Shown here piece by piece: positions 63,216 to 64,000 of a stretch of DNA of 64,000 nt (position 1 is the stretch's first letter; each line of letters starts with the position of its first letter). The stretch covers positions 124,001-188,000 of the forward strand of contig NIVC01000997.1 of NCBI GenBank assembly GCA_002269645.1. Direction: 5' to 3'. The notes under the pieces were generated by a model that was not told where the DNA came from, made no database searches, and was given only the letters and a program-made list of their open reading frames with translations. The translations under genes and the position numbers were made by a program. This DNA is from Macrostomum lignano. Lineage: Eukaryota.

Positions 63216-64000
63216 GAAAAGAGGAAAAAAGTTCAATGCAAGCCGAGAGAGGAGTGGGAATTAACGGCCGGAGAAACAGGGGAGTGGAATACTGAACTAC
63301 ACAAAGAATCACTAGAAGGCAAGAAGCGGGGAGGTGGTTCATCCAAGTCAAATGATCAACATTCCTCTCATTTTCTCCCATCAAACAGGATCGGTGCGTG
63401 ATAAAAGCTGAAGCAATTATATCCCCCGGCCAAAGGTGAAAATCATTAGGAAATAATCTCCAAAATACTGCTCAAGAATCTTTATTAGAATCCTCAGAAA
63501 AAAGCTGCTCAATCCCAATCAACACGGTCGGCCCTGTGTGTGAGCTGCTCTCACTGACAAGACTCCAAGGCCTGATACCCCGGCTTGCTTATGCAGCGGT
63601 AGACGCGCATATCCATGTCTGCTATATGATATAATGCAATGATGCCCTCGGGCTGCTAAAGCTCGCGATGCTTCTAGAGAGGCGTCAGAGATCCCCTTCT
63701 CTCTCTCTCCTGTTCTTTCTTCCCAAACCCGCGCCGCTGCTCTCAGCGGGAGGCGGTTTAACAAACTGCGCCCGAGGCCTCTGGCACAACTGCATGGCTC
63801 ACGTCGTCACTCTCTTGAGCACACACACAACTCACTCACACTCACACACACCCCTGAGGGCAAATTGTGGTCAAGGAACAAAACACAACGGAAAAATAAG
63901 GCTATATGTAGGCTCTCTAGGTGTGCGAGTTGATAACAAGATAGATACAGGCCTGCTTGTTCCGCCCTCCCAACTTGTAACGGCGAGTACTAGAAGGACT

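Noticed and set aside
62203-63384. 582-aa ORF 61636-63384 read as a single AP-2 exon with a Pro/Ser-rich N-terminus
   Set aside because: The N-terminal part is the GA microsatellite read in frame. A good acceptor at 62203-62204 and a donor at 61691 delimit the real exon.

Overview
Eukaryotic (metazoan) genomic DNA with spliced genes. Roughly half the window is tandem minisatellite or microsatellite arrays (more than 20 distinct unit types). GC-rich exons inside minisatellite-filled introns are most consistent with a free-living flatworm such as Macrostomum; this is inference, not verified. Five host genes could be assembled by hand with GT-AG boundaries. (1) DDX56/Dbp9 DEAD-box helicase (minus, four exons; it runs off the left edge and its first exon was not found). 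(2) An uncharacterised 174-aa TM + Sel1-repeat protein (minus). (3) A 460-aa orphan rhodopsin-type GPCR (plus). (4) TMEM258 (plus). (5) An AP-2/TFAP2 transcription factor (minus, three 3' exons). Mobile DNA: a 5'-truncated Ty3/Gypsy element with a 170-bp LTR and two nonsense codons in pol, the left half of a mariner, a decayed LINE RT fragment, a tRNA-headed SINE-like element and a probable MITE. There are no prokaryotic features and no CRISPR array. The most interesting signals are a gene bracketed by inverted arrays of one satellite, acceptors that may take their start codon from a spliced-leader AUG, a duplicated AP-2 splice acceptor, decoy-acceptor arrays, a shared GACA core across unrelated arrays, and repair or template-switch scars inside the satellites.
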